A DNA stretch of 64,000 nt from Styela clava (Eukaryota). Each line of letters begins with the position of its first letter. Position 1 is the first letter of the stretch. A program made the position numbers and the translations under genes. The notes below the pieces were generated by a model that was not told the origin of the DNA, did not search any database, and saw nothing but the letters and a program-made list of their open reading frames with translations. The stretch is from NCBI RefSeq assembly GCF_964204865.1, contig NC_135253.1:7750001-7814000 (forward strand). Direction: 5' to 3'. This document shows positions 15,501 through 28,630 of the stretch, piece by piece.

Positions 15501-18500
15501 TTTTTTTTCTGATAGCGAGCGCCGTTGGGAAATCTCGCACAATTGTACGATTGAGTTGGAGACGCTCGAGTTCGGTGTCCAAGCAGAGCGGCGCAGGTCA
15601 CGTGGTACCGGATCTTCGAATCGTAAAATGCCATTCGAATATTTTATTATTCGAAAATTTTGCCCAGCCCTAGTTGTTACGTGTGTTGTAGTTACGATGG
15701 CTTGGTATTTTAAATACGCGCTTAAGGTTTGTTGCTATTTTACCTTGCGTTGTTTGTGTGTGGCTCTTCATAACTTTGAGGTTTGAAATGTGGCTCTGGG
15801 ACTAAGAAAGTTTGAGAACCACTGGTATAAATTATAATTTGCGCATTGTGCTCAACGAAATCAAGGATCATACTTGCTTGCCATCACACCTCTAACTATC
15901 CTGCACGGTCATGATACAATTATGTGAAAAAAGATTGCTTGACTCCTCGCCCTCACAGGACAGTCCTGTGCTGGACAGTGCTGATTACAGTTCCAATGCT
16001 CAACATGGATTAGTAACAGGACAAGACGCCACGGCTTACTGCGTTATTCAGCCAAATCATTAAGCATGTGGGATAAATATGAAAATGTTATCCTATTCTG
16101 TGTGTTTATCAATGATAGGCTGAACGTGGATCATGCCTGACGATTTGTTCCATTAGCAATCCATAAACTGTGGAAACTGAAATAAGAGTTTTTAGGTAAT
16201 GCGATAACACATTTGCAATACAAACTAATTTGCTCATTTTAAGTATAATGTTAGGAATTTCAAACAGATAAAAATACACTAGAAATGAAATCTTACGTAA
16301 TGGCCCTTCTTTTGCTAGATCTCGAACTTGCACTACTAGGTCGGCTAAATGATGTTGAACCGCCAATACTTAATTCCAGTTTAATCTGAATGCAAAATTC
16401 TCATTTGAAAAACAAGAAAATCCAGGGTATTTAGGGTACAAGATGGTGGACATCATTCTCATGATGAAAATTTTGTATTTAAAAATACATATGAAATAGA
16501 AAAACTATGGAAACTTTTGAATAACAACACACAAAATGTGGATAAGTAAATGAAAAATATAAGATGAAACCATTCGACACACAAAATTTTCAAATAATAT
16601 TATAACTTGATCATTGTATACCTCATTGTTAATTTACACAACGAAAAACTGAGAATATAATGAAAACGAAATATACTTACCAAAAACACTGAATGCGGTA
16701 AAGTATCAAGTTCTTTTTCTCTTTCTATCTGCTCTATTGTTTTTGTATCTGTTTCCTCAGATTCCGATGTCACCTGAAATTCAAAATTGTCACGATTGGA
16801 ATCATCCTAAAAATATTTGGTTACAATAAGAAATTGTTGTAAATAATCATCCAAGTGTAGATTTGAGTTTGCTTCAGAATGACTTTTGAGTTGTGGCCCC
16901 AACGAAAGACAGACAATATAAAATATGTATGCATATGCAACATACTGCTTGTTAGAGATAATTTGGAAGATAGCAGCAATGATATCTAAAATTGTGCTTA
17001 GAAATAAAACCCCAAAATTAATTTGATTTTATCAAATCAATGCGTGTAATTAATCTTTATCCGCGTCATATGTCCTCTGTGAAACAAAAATTATGCTCTG
17101 CAGAAGCACCCACTGATATGCTGATATGTAAAAAACTACTTTATTTTTAAAGGACCATAATTTTTCCAATTCAGCATTACCTACCAAAATTATTACACCC
17201 AGGGTGAGGTGGTGGGAATGGGATTTCAACCATAGAATTTACCCTACGATGTCGTCACAGTTACAGTTAAGCTTGATCTTTTCAATTATGTAGCCGGCTG
17301 GCCACAGTTGAGTATCAAATTTTTACTTACGATACTTTCAGTTTGTCGAGGACTATATTTATTCATTGATGAATCTTCACTCTGCTCTTCATCATGTGTT
17401 TCATGAACTATTTTAGCTGTCGGTTCCTCAACTTTACGAGCTTCAACTCCAGTGACAATCCGACGCAAGTGAAGCATTGATTGATGACCTTTTATTTGAC
17501 CATAGTTTGTTACTTTACTATATCTGAGAAAAATGATAAATTATATTTTTAGCATTTCATTAAAATGATATTTATCCAAAGATAATTACAATTCCATGAG
17601 TTAATTACCATTTTGAAAAATATTAGATTAAAAACCGTTAATAATTCTAAAAGAAAGGCTTCAAAAAGATTGGATGAAAAGGAACAGGAATGGTATCCTA
17701 TAGGTTCCAGTTTTATTACCAAAAATAAAATATATTTTTCAGTCATTCAATACAAGTACCGTAATATTAATGTATTTAAAAACCAATTTCATCTAGCCAA
17801 CACCTTGGTGAGAATGTTACCCTGAGGAAGTTATTCTATGAATCACAGTGGATTTTGTTGAAAATTTCACAGAGCCTCCCCAAAATAATAAATTCTGATT
17901 ATGTTACTAATAAATATAACAGAAAATAACACTGTGCAGTGTTTCCCAAGCTTTGAAGTGGCCTTCTATAAACCATCATACTCTTCTCGTAATGCAAAAA
18001 TAATCCTCTTACAATGAACAAAACATGGGTGCATCCTACTTATAACGTCAGATCTGAATATGTTGATGTCACAGATTAAAGATTTAAAGTTCAAAACCCA
18101 ATCTCTTCAACCCCCCCCCCCCCCAAGGTGTTTTTAGATTGGGCAAAATCGAAATGGAAAGTTGCTGGAAATGCCCAAAATGGTATTTTCCCACACATAT
18201 AAGTAAAAGGCTTCATAAAAACAAAACATGACGGTGTTTCATATCATGCTCAAAAACTAATATAAGATAGTTCCCTCAGTAGAAAATATTCAAGAAAATG
18301 ATTTATAAAAATTCCTATTTCATTGTTTCATATTTTACTTGTTGGGAGATTTAATGAGATCAAGTAAGATGGGAAATATTTCCATAGAGTTCGATAGAGC
18401 ATTTAATGGTTAACAATGCCATACTTAATGGAGACTTTTCACTTCAGAGGTCGCATTGTTTGAATTCAGCAATAGACAAAATCAAACTAATTTACTTACA

Positions 18501-21500
18501 GTGCTGCGACTTCTTGCAGCATATTTATATCAGAAGAAATATCTTCTTTCCCATCATCTTGTTTGTAGTTGACCGATGAAGAAACGAAAGCAAGAAAACT
18601 CCTCACAGCTGTTTGTATAAGTCGATGTAATGTTTCCAACAAAATATTATCAACATGACGAATAAATTGCTTTAAACGAGATAGAATTTGCCTCCAGGAT
18701 GCAAGTTGTGCGAATGTTGGTCCAGTATCTGAATACCAAACATATTTTTAATACAAAAGAAATTCAATTTATCAAATAAATAATGAAAACACATAACAAA
18801 AATATTATAGACATAGTATATGGTTTAAAATATTCATATAGTTGAAAAAAGAAAAAGAAATCACCTTTTAATGAGGAATGAAAATAGTAAATGAATCAAT
18901 TCAATAATTCCCTTAAGGGGCGTTTACACTGGATGCGACTCGGGCATGCGCCCGAGATCGCTTCCCATTGTTTCAAATGATGCCGTTTACACTGAAAAAG
19001 TCTAGCTTGACGGCGGCGAGCGATTTTCGACGCACGTCGCTTTTGGTCGAGCAACACATTATTTCACATTCATTTACTATTTTTGTAAACTATGGCTGAC
19101 AAAGTTTTAGTATCATTGATTAAATTCCACGCCCGAGGATATTATTTATTTTTAATGCATATTTAAACTTAAAGTTTCCAGTTTTGCTTTCCTGTGGCGG
19201 TTGAATCTAGAGTGGATTTTGTCATGTTGAACAAAATTGCAATAGTCAGTCAGCAATATACACCACATTGAATGGAATTTCTATTTGGCATACCCAGGGT
19301 GATGAATTGTAATGAATTATCCACAATTTTCAAAAATGAACAGCTGCTTATGTCCAAGTACAAATGTATTGAATAATAAACTATAGTTGAAGATAGTTCA
19401 GTGCGATGTAGTGAATACTTTAATTTTCTTTAATAATCAGAATATGGCAATAGGCAACCTTTATGCAGCTAAATCATATTTATTTCAAAGCTTACTTTGC
19501 ACATCTCAATAAAAATGAATATAAAATATTCAAAATATAAAAAGATATTGAAAAGCCACTTGTATAAAAGACCAGTGGTCCTCAACCGCCGGTCTGCGTC
19601 AATCTTCGTGCCAAATATATTCCGAAATTATATCTTTAAGTATCCAAAATAATACACACTGCGGCTAATTTCAAATTTTCATCCTACCTTCTTCCACTGT
19701 AAGTCTAGTTGTGTATTTTCTTCTTTCAACTTTTCCTAGTCTTACATCCTTTGTAATGCCGTCTCTTTCAGCAACAATCTAAACAGAAGAAAATATGAAG
19801 AAACAGATTCTGTCAATTTAGATTCTAAGGTATAATATGAAGTATCATTTTATTCAAAGAATTCTTTAAACTTGAATTTGCACTGCCATGTTCGAAGTGT
19901 ATATAAGAGTCGTTTGAACATTGGTGGGTCAGAAAAATATAACCTCATGACTCCTCAAAAGACAATACCAAATCTATCAATTCCCCAAAAAATTATCATT
20001 TAAAAGTATGAAAAGCAACAAATGTCTTGGATAAAAATATGCAAATGAAAAAAGTAAGCTAGAATGAATTAAAGATTGTCACATCTCCACAATTTCAAAA
20101 CTATTTTATCATGTGATTGAAAGTACTCACAGAACAAGCACGGTAACACATGTCGGCAATCGATTTTCTCAATTCTTCCAATTGAGTTGATGCTTCTGAA
20201 CATTTTTCATTTTGTAAATCGCAAAACTCATCCAGTGAATATGTGTGTCTGAAGTTTTACAGAAATGATATTGAATTTTCTTATACATATTGAATTTTCA
20301 TGTACAAAATAGAGCAACTTTAAACTTTTTTCACAGCCAAATGTTCTAATCTTTTGTGATAATTTATTTGTTTCACAATGATTCTTAATTTTGCCAAATT
20401 TGCAATTTGCGCAAAAGTTTTTATATAAGATTGATGAAAACTGAATTTTCAATAAAAAAGCTCAAATAATTTTATACAATTTTCTCTGAAATTTTGTTTT
20501 TGAAGCAATTTGTATAAATATAATTGTAGACAAGGTATTTGCGTACATTGACATTGTTTCATAAAAAAACTTTTCTGGTTCACTAAAGGTTACACAGATT
20601 TTAAGTGGTTGACATGAGATATAAACTGAGGCTCTTTAGCCTTGGACAAAACCATAGCAAAGTATAATGCACTGACTACTGTCACCCATCAGTACCTGTT
20701 ATTATATTGAATAAGGAGAATCGCATTCTCTCCAATACCAAAACCATCTCTGCTACCACAAGCATCTTCACATATACTTCTAACAGAGACCAAACATTTT
20801 TGTAATGTTTCTTCAGCAAGAAATAGTTGACACTGTAGCATAGATCTGTAAAAAGAATATTAATAATGTATATAAAATATAAAAAACTTATACTTGTACT
20901 TTTAACTAAAAATCTGATGAGTGAAACATGAAATGCGAGGAGCTTACAGTAAATGGTATTTCGTACAATTATTTTTTGTTAAAAATGTAGATGGGAGAGC
21001 TTCAATATCCAATTCTAATATCATCTGGACTGTTATCCCCATAATGCAAATATAATGTAATAAATGTTGGAAATGTTTTAAAAACTACTGTAACCAGTTG
21101 GTACTAAGCTACAGAAAATGTAAGAGAAGCATGGAATTTTTTGTTTTTATGATATTTCCAAAGTTTTACTCAAAACAAGGCCTTGTACATGCAGTCACTG
21201 AAACATAGAGTGTTACTGTTATGAATTGGAAGAACAAGAATCAAGTTTCCTGTTTGGCATATGGACCATTTACCCTGGATTTGAATATGAGCTTGGTATC
21301 TGAACTCAAGATCTTTAGCAAGCAGAGTCAACAAAACTAGATTTAGCATTCTAATCATATTAACACAACAAGATGGCAAGCATGCTAATAATTTTTAGTC
21401 ATGAAACGAGGCTGTGAACAGCCCTTACACAAAAACAAGATTCAAATATAAATTTGCAGAATATTATTACCCTGAACCAGATGTTTTCTGATTTCTGATG

Positions 21501-24500
21501 ATATTTCTCCATAGAACAAATTGTTTCCACAAACGAAACTTCACAAAAACGGGCAGATCACAAATCATGTTAAATAGACGTTGCTCATAAATCCACCAGA
21601 TTACAGGAGTAATCTCTGTTTCCAAAACACCTTCAACTGAACTTTTTTTGTTCTGAAAAAGATGAATACTGATAAGTGATGGGAATTCCTTATCTTGGAT
21701 TAGAATTATATATTACTGTTATGAAAAGTTTGGAAGAAGGATGAAACCTCCTATAGTGTATTATAGCCTGTTAAACAGTAATGTTAATTTTAAGTAGAGA
21801 AGAATCAGCGTGGATGGCTTGGTGGTTGTAATATGAATATGTTATCCATCGAACATCTACCCTGCATGGGTTCGCAGTTTTGAACCTAGTGGGGGATTGT
21901 TCTGCACAAAAGCACTCTCTGACTAGTGACTGGATGATGGTGGCCAAATGTCATTCTATATGATCAAGACTTTTCATCGACTTCCCTCTCCTCTAGAATG
22001 AATATGAAAACTTCATCATTCGCCATGAATCAAGATAATCATAAATTATTCTCATACTAAAATGGACAATTTCATGAATTTTTAACTACTATTAGACAAA
22101 AAGGTGAAAGAATTGAAAATTTCCACTGTATTTTTTGATAATCAGTTCTACTATAGGTATAAAATTGTTTTCAGAATCATATAATATCCAAGCCATTCAA
22201 CTTTTGAGAAGTACTTAATGCCAACTGCGTGACACATAATCTTTAATACTATTGCTGATAGAATGCTCTTTTTGATAATTCAATTTGTATACAATAATAC
22301 AATACAGAGTACAAAATGCAAACCTTCGTAACAGAAGTAGCCGTTATCAAATAATAGCAATCCCGTTTTCGCGCAGTTTCTGCAGAAACAACTTGTAAAT
22401 CGAATGGATTGGTTCTTCTTCCTGCACCAGCAAGAAATTTTGATCTTTCTATTGCATAAACATATTCACCGGCATCTTGTAGAAGAAATAGTGGTTCCTG
22501 AAAATTAAGGAAATTAGAAGAGTAAAGTATCAGGAATCGTCAAAAATATGAAAAAAGTTATTCCACTGTGGCAACCATCAAACAAAAATAAAATGGACAA
22601 AAATAGATCCAAATCAAGATTGGAGAAAATCATGCTCAATTAGATAGAGCTCATCAAACCTTCAATGGATTTTTGTGATTTGTCAACTTCATTGCTCTCC
22701 TAACACCTGGTCCATGTCTAGGAAGCATTGTCTTCCAATTAAGGGCTGATCGTAGTCGGATTATATGATTTATGACATCATCGTCTGCTGGTTCTGTATC
22801 AAAAGAATGGTAATTAATGCAATGATGGATTTACCGAAATGAAATAAATGATTTCTTACCGATATTGTCATACATGTTGTCTCGTAATTTTGATAAAATA
22901 TGACTAAGATCATGAGGTCCTTTATGAGTGTTTTGTCCATCCAATGTACCAGATTTGCGACCCATTTGTGATGCTGTGGTAACTGGTTCCCAGACAACAT
23001 CAATTTCCGATCCTAATTATAAATGAACATTAGGATCATTTTGTGAAGTGTAGGTAGTTTATATAAAAAGGTTGGTGCTCCCGAAGTATGCGAACCAAGA
23101 TGGCGGACATCGGAACGTAACATGGGTAACTGGTTAGGGTTAGGCGATAATTTTTTTCCAATTTTCCTTATTTTAGTCCTATTATCAGTTCGAAGACTAT
23201 CCAAGAGCCTCCCGTAGTATTTATACCTAAAATTATGGCCTAACCCTAACCTAGTACACATATTACATTCCGATGTCCGCCATCTTTGTTCGCATACTTC
23301 GGGAGCCCCAAAAGGTTTTTTCAACATTGATAACATTTGAAAATATTTCATTTTCAGAAGATAACTGCTTACCCATTGAGTGATGGGAAAATATTAAAAA
23401 AAAATTAATATATCTAGAAAGATTTTTTGAAGTTCAAGTCAAATAACTGGCATTTATTATACAGCAGCTGTGAAAATATAGATTGTCTTACCTTCAGATT
23501 GTGACTTGGTATCACCATCATTATCAATCGATAAGGATATCACATCACTTTCAGCTTTTCCTGATTCAGAAAGGCTGTGTCTAATCATAAAATAAATAAG
23601 TTGAGTTTATGTATTTTTGCGCCTTTTTGTCTGATATAATGTATAAGCATATTCATTCACATTGAATGCTATTGCTTCTTTGTGGAAAGAATCCTTGGAA
23701 ACTTGATACCAAAAAATTCACACAAATTTGCAACAATTTTTTTGGGCATCTGGAAGACTTTCAATTCCTAATATTTTGAGGCTGCGTGAAGCAAATGCAA
23801 ATTTACCACTTATTGCAAATTAATTTCCAGACCATTTTTCATACATACTTTCCATGATCATCTCCAGCACCGATGTCTACAACATTCTGCTTCTCAAAAT
23901 ACTTATGTATCGACTTATTTTTATTTCTCAGAATTTTTCTTTCATGGTCTTTTTTGAAGAATGTGGTTCTGAACGTTGTTCGTTGTCTGGGAACACCCTT
24001 TTCAGGAGGCTTCGGTTTCTGTAAGAAGAACAGATGTTTATGATAATCATAGTAGTTATATACTAATAACTTATAGTTTGAAAGATTCAAAAATGACACA
24101 GAGTTGGTTATTTACAATTATTCAATTCAAGTTCTTAATAATTGAATATTGTACTAATCAATACCAATTGATTAACTTATTCAGCCCATCCATAAACATT
24201 AACTTGTAAAATCTCTTACAATAGTAAGTTCATTTGATGCGTCATCCATTGTAATTTTGCTTTTGCTGACAGATTTAATCACCAGTGAATCTTCTGCTCT
24301 ATCATAAAGGCGAGACATCATATCCTAAATCAAGAAAAAAGATATCAGGCTTATTATTTTTGCCAGCGAAAATATTACAGCAGTTTCGCTTGCAATTAAT
24401 TTATATTACAAAGCATTTAATAACCAAACTTCAATAGTGCTTTTTAAAAACTGAAAAACATATTCTATTACATAGCTCAGTTTGTATTGGTAAAATGCGA

Positions 24501-25565
24501 AATAAACCCACTTCCTTTTCTTACACAACTTCTGCCCAGTAATCTAGTACATGCATGCAACATTATATATTACTCATTCATTTATTGAAGGCAAAAAAAA
24601 TAACAATATACTGACAGTTCCCTTCTTTTTTCCTTCTGCATCAGGTGCCAAAAATGATCCTTGTTTATTTCTTCTAGAAGCAAGTTGGGATATTGATCCT
24701 GTTTCTACGCTTTTCATCTGAAAAGAAATAACTAGTTAATATAGTAATATTGAACCATTTAAAATGTTTTTGAAACAAACCAATGATATCAAAATAAAAA
24801 TTTGAATATACTTTTGTTTTGAGAATTACTAACATGATAAAATTAGTTCAAACCTGTTAAGAAATGTTAACATTACTTTTATTGGGATACCTGTCAGTAT
24901 TGGATAAAAGTCCCTGAACGGTGAACCCAAATCAAAAGTATAGTTTTGGGTTATCTAAGATTTGAGTCAATGATGGGTCGGAGCAATTCTATCAAGATAA
25001 CTCGAGTCACTTTGAGTCTTCGATGAATGGTAAATTCATTCCAATTCAAGTTGAGTAAATGACTTGAACCTTCTCGGCACTGAAACCTGTACCTGATTAC
25101 ATACACCTAACCTAATTGATTTTTTTCAAAGACGTTTTACATCTTTGTTCCAGACAAGGCTCTAAACAAGCAGCTCCTGATACATACAGTAAGTATATAC
25201 TATTTAGAAAGCGTTGAAACTATTTCAGTTCAGCATTACCTGCCTAATCTATTATGTTCTGAGCAAGACATGGGGTTTGAACCCAAAATCTTTAAGTTTC
25301 AACTGATTGACCTACCATTGTTGCTCTGCCTGTCTGCTGTTATTATTAATTTATGTTTTTTGTATATTTCCAATAATAACAGAAATAAAGATGCGATATA
25401 CCCTATACCGGTAATAGTCAAAATGAAACAATATAATTATAATTAATTCCAAACCTGTGTTTGTGATGCCCTACTGATTGCGGCATTTGTAGCTGTAGCT
25501 GGTGTTGGTAGAGTCCCAGTTGGCTCTGATTCACCGCTTTCCGCAATGAATTCCCTACTTGACAT
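531..25565 (-). CDS. DNAH14: Axonemal dynein heavy chain, DNAH14-like (DNAH6/14 group); N-terminal tail and linker, 3' part outside window
   Basis: 33 GT-AG exons, phases consistent: 25565-25455, 24717-24616, 24324-24220, 24018-23849, 23580-23492, 23012-22860, 22793-22660, 22497-22324, 21652-21471, 20845-20696, 20248-20131, 19778-19688, 18728-18500, 17523-17331, 16773-16681, 16385-16297, 13493-13299, 12654-12531, 11939-11701, 11033-10826, 10194-9992, 9121-8914, 7986-7814, 7410-7263, 6682-6570, 5777-5615, 5018-4906, 4123-3991, 3915-3760, 3010-2873, 2330-2083, 1315-1147, 642-531 (5026 nt). Dynein linker motifs QRNWLYLEAIF, YLEMKRLSFPRFYFLSNDELL, MISAEGE, GPVEQWL, LKQRHW. N-terminal EPADDDVINHIIRLR and DAGEYVY..NPFDLQVVSA resemble recalled human DNAH14. 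The dynein call is secure; the paralog call is less so. Confidence 0.88.
4295..4641. mobile_element. Tc1/mariner-pogo-type MITE
   Basis: TIRs CTGTGTTTCCTAGAAAATAAGAC / GTCTTATTTTCGGGGAAACAAGG, TA on both flanks. Confidence 0.75.
8130..8425 (-). mobile_element. tRNA-derived SINE, 5' end truncated or diverged
   Basis: Strong similarity to 32346-32687; B-box GGTTCGAATCC on minus strand; (ATCCT)n tail. Confidence 0.8.
9753..9977. mobile_element. MULE-like MITE with TTAGGG and CAAGATGGCGG motifs in its TIRs
   Basis: About 80-bp TIRs GGTACTC...GAGTACC; flanks TAAACAATT / AAAAAAATT (degenerate 9-bp TSD). Confidence 0.75.
13591..15824. mobile_element. Non-autonomous hAT element containing a nested element
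   Basis: TIRs CAGTGATTCTCAAACT / AGTTTGAGAACCACTG; perfect 8-bp TSD GTATAAAT. Confidence 0.85.
14065..15672. mobile_element. Nested hAT-like element (TAGGG...CCCTA family)
   Basis: TIRs TAGGGTGGGCAAAATT / AATTTTGCCCAGCCCTA with subterminal TTCGAA repeats; TSD imperfect. Confidence 0.7.
15841..16096 (+). mobile_element. Diverged SINE copy
   Basis: Matches the head (GCTCAACG...CACCTCTAA), GATTGCTTGACTCCTCGCC and the tail (TAAATATG..ATCCTAT) of the 32.5-kb SINE. Confidence 0.6.
18916..19140. mobile_element. PIF/Harbinger-like MITE fragment
   Basis: TAA followed by GGGGCGTTTACACTG with an internal repeat of CGTTTACACTG; second end not found. Confidence 0.4.
21808..22010 (+). mobile_element. 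Diverged SINE copy
   Basis: CTGCATGGGTTCGCAG..GAACC head remnant and CTTCCCTCTCC..AATATGAAAA tail. Confidence 0.5.
23074..23309. mobile_element. MULE-like MITE, same family as 9753-9977
   Basis: Long TIRs GGTGCTCCCGAAGTATGCGAAC..AGATGGCGGACATCGGAA..GGTTAGGGTTAGGC; flanking duplication AAAAGGTT. Confidence 0.8.
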
Positions 25566-26611
25566 TTTTTTTATTCTTAGGAAGGTCTCATACTTGAATT
25601 AATATTTTCATTCATATAAAGGCACCTGAGATATTCAAACATAAATACTGCATTGGCTACTGCTTCATTGCAAAGACTTGGAATCCAACAGAAATTGCTA
25701 ACCGTCTCCCCGCGACGGTAGACGCTTTCATTACAACGACTTCGTCATGCTTCAATTTCGAGCTAAGAAAAGACATCATCAGTGTGGTCGGTCTGTTTCA
25801 ACCATTGAGGTGTGGTTTCAACGACTAACATACCCGGTCTGGTTCAATAACAAACTTGAAAAAAGTTAGAAAATTAAATTTCACTATATTAATTCATATA
25901 CCATTGGATCTTTTAATCAATGGTTCACGGTTGGAATCTTCTCAGAACTTCAGTGATCGCAAATCTGTGTTCGTCTTGTAACGTGTAATTGATTTTTATT
26001 ATATATTGTGTCGTATTCTGCGTTGGAACGTAATAGTATATATTTACGGTTGGATTCATATCAGCAGGCAGTCATTCAAAGCAGGCTATTTAGCCTACTC
26101 TCGTCGCCATCACCCACTCTTAAAAATCCATCTGCTACCTGCTCATATGACTCCAATTCTTCTTGTTCAATAATATATATATTCTGTACTCAACCGCAAA
26201 AGATAAAACCTAGCTTGATATGCACCTTTCTTTTTTATTAGCAGCTATAATGTATTTTTTTTAATATTTATCAAGTATGTCATGTTATGAACTGGATATG
26301 TCTCTGGCATTAGCATTAAAAAACAAGTTTTTTACGGACAAAGCCGAAGAGTATCTGGCTGAGAAATTTTTGGAAAATTTCTTTAACCTAGCTAGAGTAA
26401 AGCATTCCTTCCAACCATTATTCGAGTTAAACTTAGAGAACGTAGTGTAACTCGGGCCATATTTAGACGGTGCCAGGCCACCGGTGCCTAGGCCAAATTT
26501 GCATCACAAGTATGCAGGCTACTGTAATGATAATAAAGTTGCACTTGTAGATAGGAGGATTAATTTACAAAAGGTAAAAACGATGATTAGGGCCAATACT
26601 AAAGATAGGAA

Positions 26612-27016
26612 TTCGGATATTCAATTGGGATTGCAAATTTTCCCCTTTAATAACTTTTAACGTCTGTCGTCAATGATCACTTATAAACTTTCACGTTTAT
26701 CTTACTGAACGTACGGTTTCGCAAGAAAATAGATAGTTTATCGATGTTTTGCCAATATGACGCTGACAGAAATACTCAGCGTTCATAAGAAAATCATCTG
26801 ACTTTTGCGGTCTTCGGATATTCAATTGGGATTGCAAATTTTCCCCTTTAATAACTTTTAACGTCTGTCGTCAATGATCACTTATAAACTTTCACGTTTA
26901 TCTTACTGAACGTACGGTTTCGCAAGAAAATAGATAGTTTATCGAGGTTTTGCCAATATGACGCTGACAGAAATACTCAGCGTTCATAAGAAAATCATCC
27001 GACTTTTGCGGTCTTC
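26612..27016. repeat. Tandem duplication, 2 x about 201 bp
   Basis: Near-identical units starting TTCGGATATTCAATTGGG at about 26612 and 26813; lies inside a TAGGG..TTGCCCAAATCCTA-type element (about 26588-27131). Confidence 0.9.
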
Positions 27017-27137
27017 TGGTGATTCCCGATTGGAGAATCGACCCCAGGCGTCTTGGCCCGATCATGCAAGTATTATTCGGTATAAATATTCGAATTTTTC
27101 GATAAAAATATTCGATTTTGCCCAAATCCTAATTATT

Positions 27138-27672
27138 TGGTTTGTATGGTGATGTATAATTACCATTCACATCCTCGTCCTATCAGAGCGGTTCTTGAAA
27201 CCGCGAATTGGTTGCAGATTCATCCACAATCAAAGTCTATGTTTAGATCCATAAGGTACAATAAAAGGGTTAACCATATCCAACCTGGACTTACAACCGT
27301 ACTGACGGCCGAGACTGGTTTTTATGGTAATGTATAATTACCATTCACATCCTCGTCCTATCAAGGCGATTCTTGAAACCGCGAATTGGTTGCAGATTCA
27401 TCTACAATCGAAGTCCATGTTTAGATCTATAAGGTACAATAAAAGGGTTAACCATATCTAAGCTGAACTTACAACTGTACTGCCGGCCGAGACTGGTTTA
27501 TATGATAATGTATAATTACCATTCACATCCTCGTCCTATCAAGGCGATTCTTGGAACCGCGAATTGGTTGCAGATTCATCCACAATCAAAGTCTATGTTT
27601 AGATCTATAAGATACAATAAAAGGGTTAACCATATCCAACATGGACTTACAACCGTACTGCCGGCCGAGACT
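27138..27672. repeat. Tandem array, 3 x 178 bp
   Basis: Unit containing ATGTATAATTACCATTCACATCCTCGTCCTATC...GGCCGAGACTG repeated with period 178. Confidence 0.92.
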
Positions 27673-27788
27673 GCCATATAATCTATACTACAGGCTTGGG
27701 TTTCCTCTCTTTCGGGGTGAAATAAAAAGTCTCGATGTTTTACAGCAACCATTAGGCTATGCATCTGAAAAAAAATAATTGGCTAACT

Positions 27789-27951
27789 CAGGGGTCGGCA
27801 ACCTACGGCCCTGCTGCTTAAAATATAACTTCTGATCTGTGCGAAAAAGTGTGATTCATCGGTCTTTAACTTCCTAAAAAACATGTGCGGCCGCCAATGA
27901 CTTGCAACCTTTAATTTTGGCCCGCGAGCGACAAAAGGTTGCCGACCCCCG
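27789..27951. mobile_element. Short hAT MITE
   Basis: TIRs CAGGGGTCGGCAACCT / AGGTTGCCGACCCCCG. Confidence 0.75.
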
Positions 27952-28630
27952 GGCCGCTAACTGATCCCACACCCAACATGGACTGGCAACCCATATGATT
28001 GAGCCGTCTTATAGGATTTGCTTTCCCCGGGAAAAATATGTAAATCCTATCCTATTACTTCCGCTATGGCACGAACATCCAATGGCTGGCTGACCTTGAA
28101 CTCCCGGTAGAGCGTGATCGTCGTCGTATATATACCTCGTCATAGTTTTACCGCAACGAAGCGACAGCTCGGTCTGTCGGTATTTTCCAAGTGAATCTAC
28201 GGGATAATTCCGGGAATTTTGCATGTATATTGCCAGCAACACTTATACATATACACTCATACTTATACTTTTCTTATACTTATAAAAACATGTGCGGCCG
28301 CCAATGACTTGCAACCTTTAATTTTGGCCCGCGAGCGACAAAAGGTTGCCGACCCCTGGGCCGCTAACTGATCCCACACCCAACATGAACTGGCAACCCA
28401 TATGATTGAGCCGTATTATAGGATTTGCTTTCGCCGGGAAAAATATGTAAATCCTATCCTATTACTTCCGCTATGGCACGAACATCCAATGGCTGGCTGA
28501 CGCGGAACTCCCGGTAGAGCGTGATCGTCATCGTATATATAACTCGTCATAGTTTTACCGCAACGAAAGGACAGCTCGGTCTGTCGGTATTTTCCAAGTG
28601 AATCTACGGGATAATTCCGGGAATTTTGCA
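27876..28630. repeat. Direct duplication, 2 x about 348 bp, period 407
   Basis: Both copies contain the hAT right end, a SINE tail and a GC-rich segment; they are separated by an ACTTAT-rich spacer. The ORF track shows the paralogous ORFs 28009-28242 and 28416-28649. Confidence 0.9.

Noticed and set aside
20914-20940. Hammerhead ribozyme core (CTGATGA...GAAA)
   Set aside because: No supporting stems II or III are visible.
25690-25730. RFX X-box in the dynein promoter
   Set aside because: The match to GTTNCCATGGNAAC is too degenerate to support.
27138-27672. CRISPR-like array
   Set aside because: Whole 178-bp units repeat with no unique spacers, there are no cas genes, and the context is eukaryotic.
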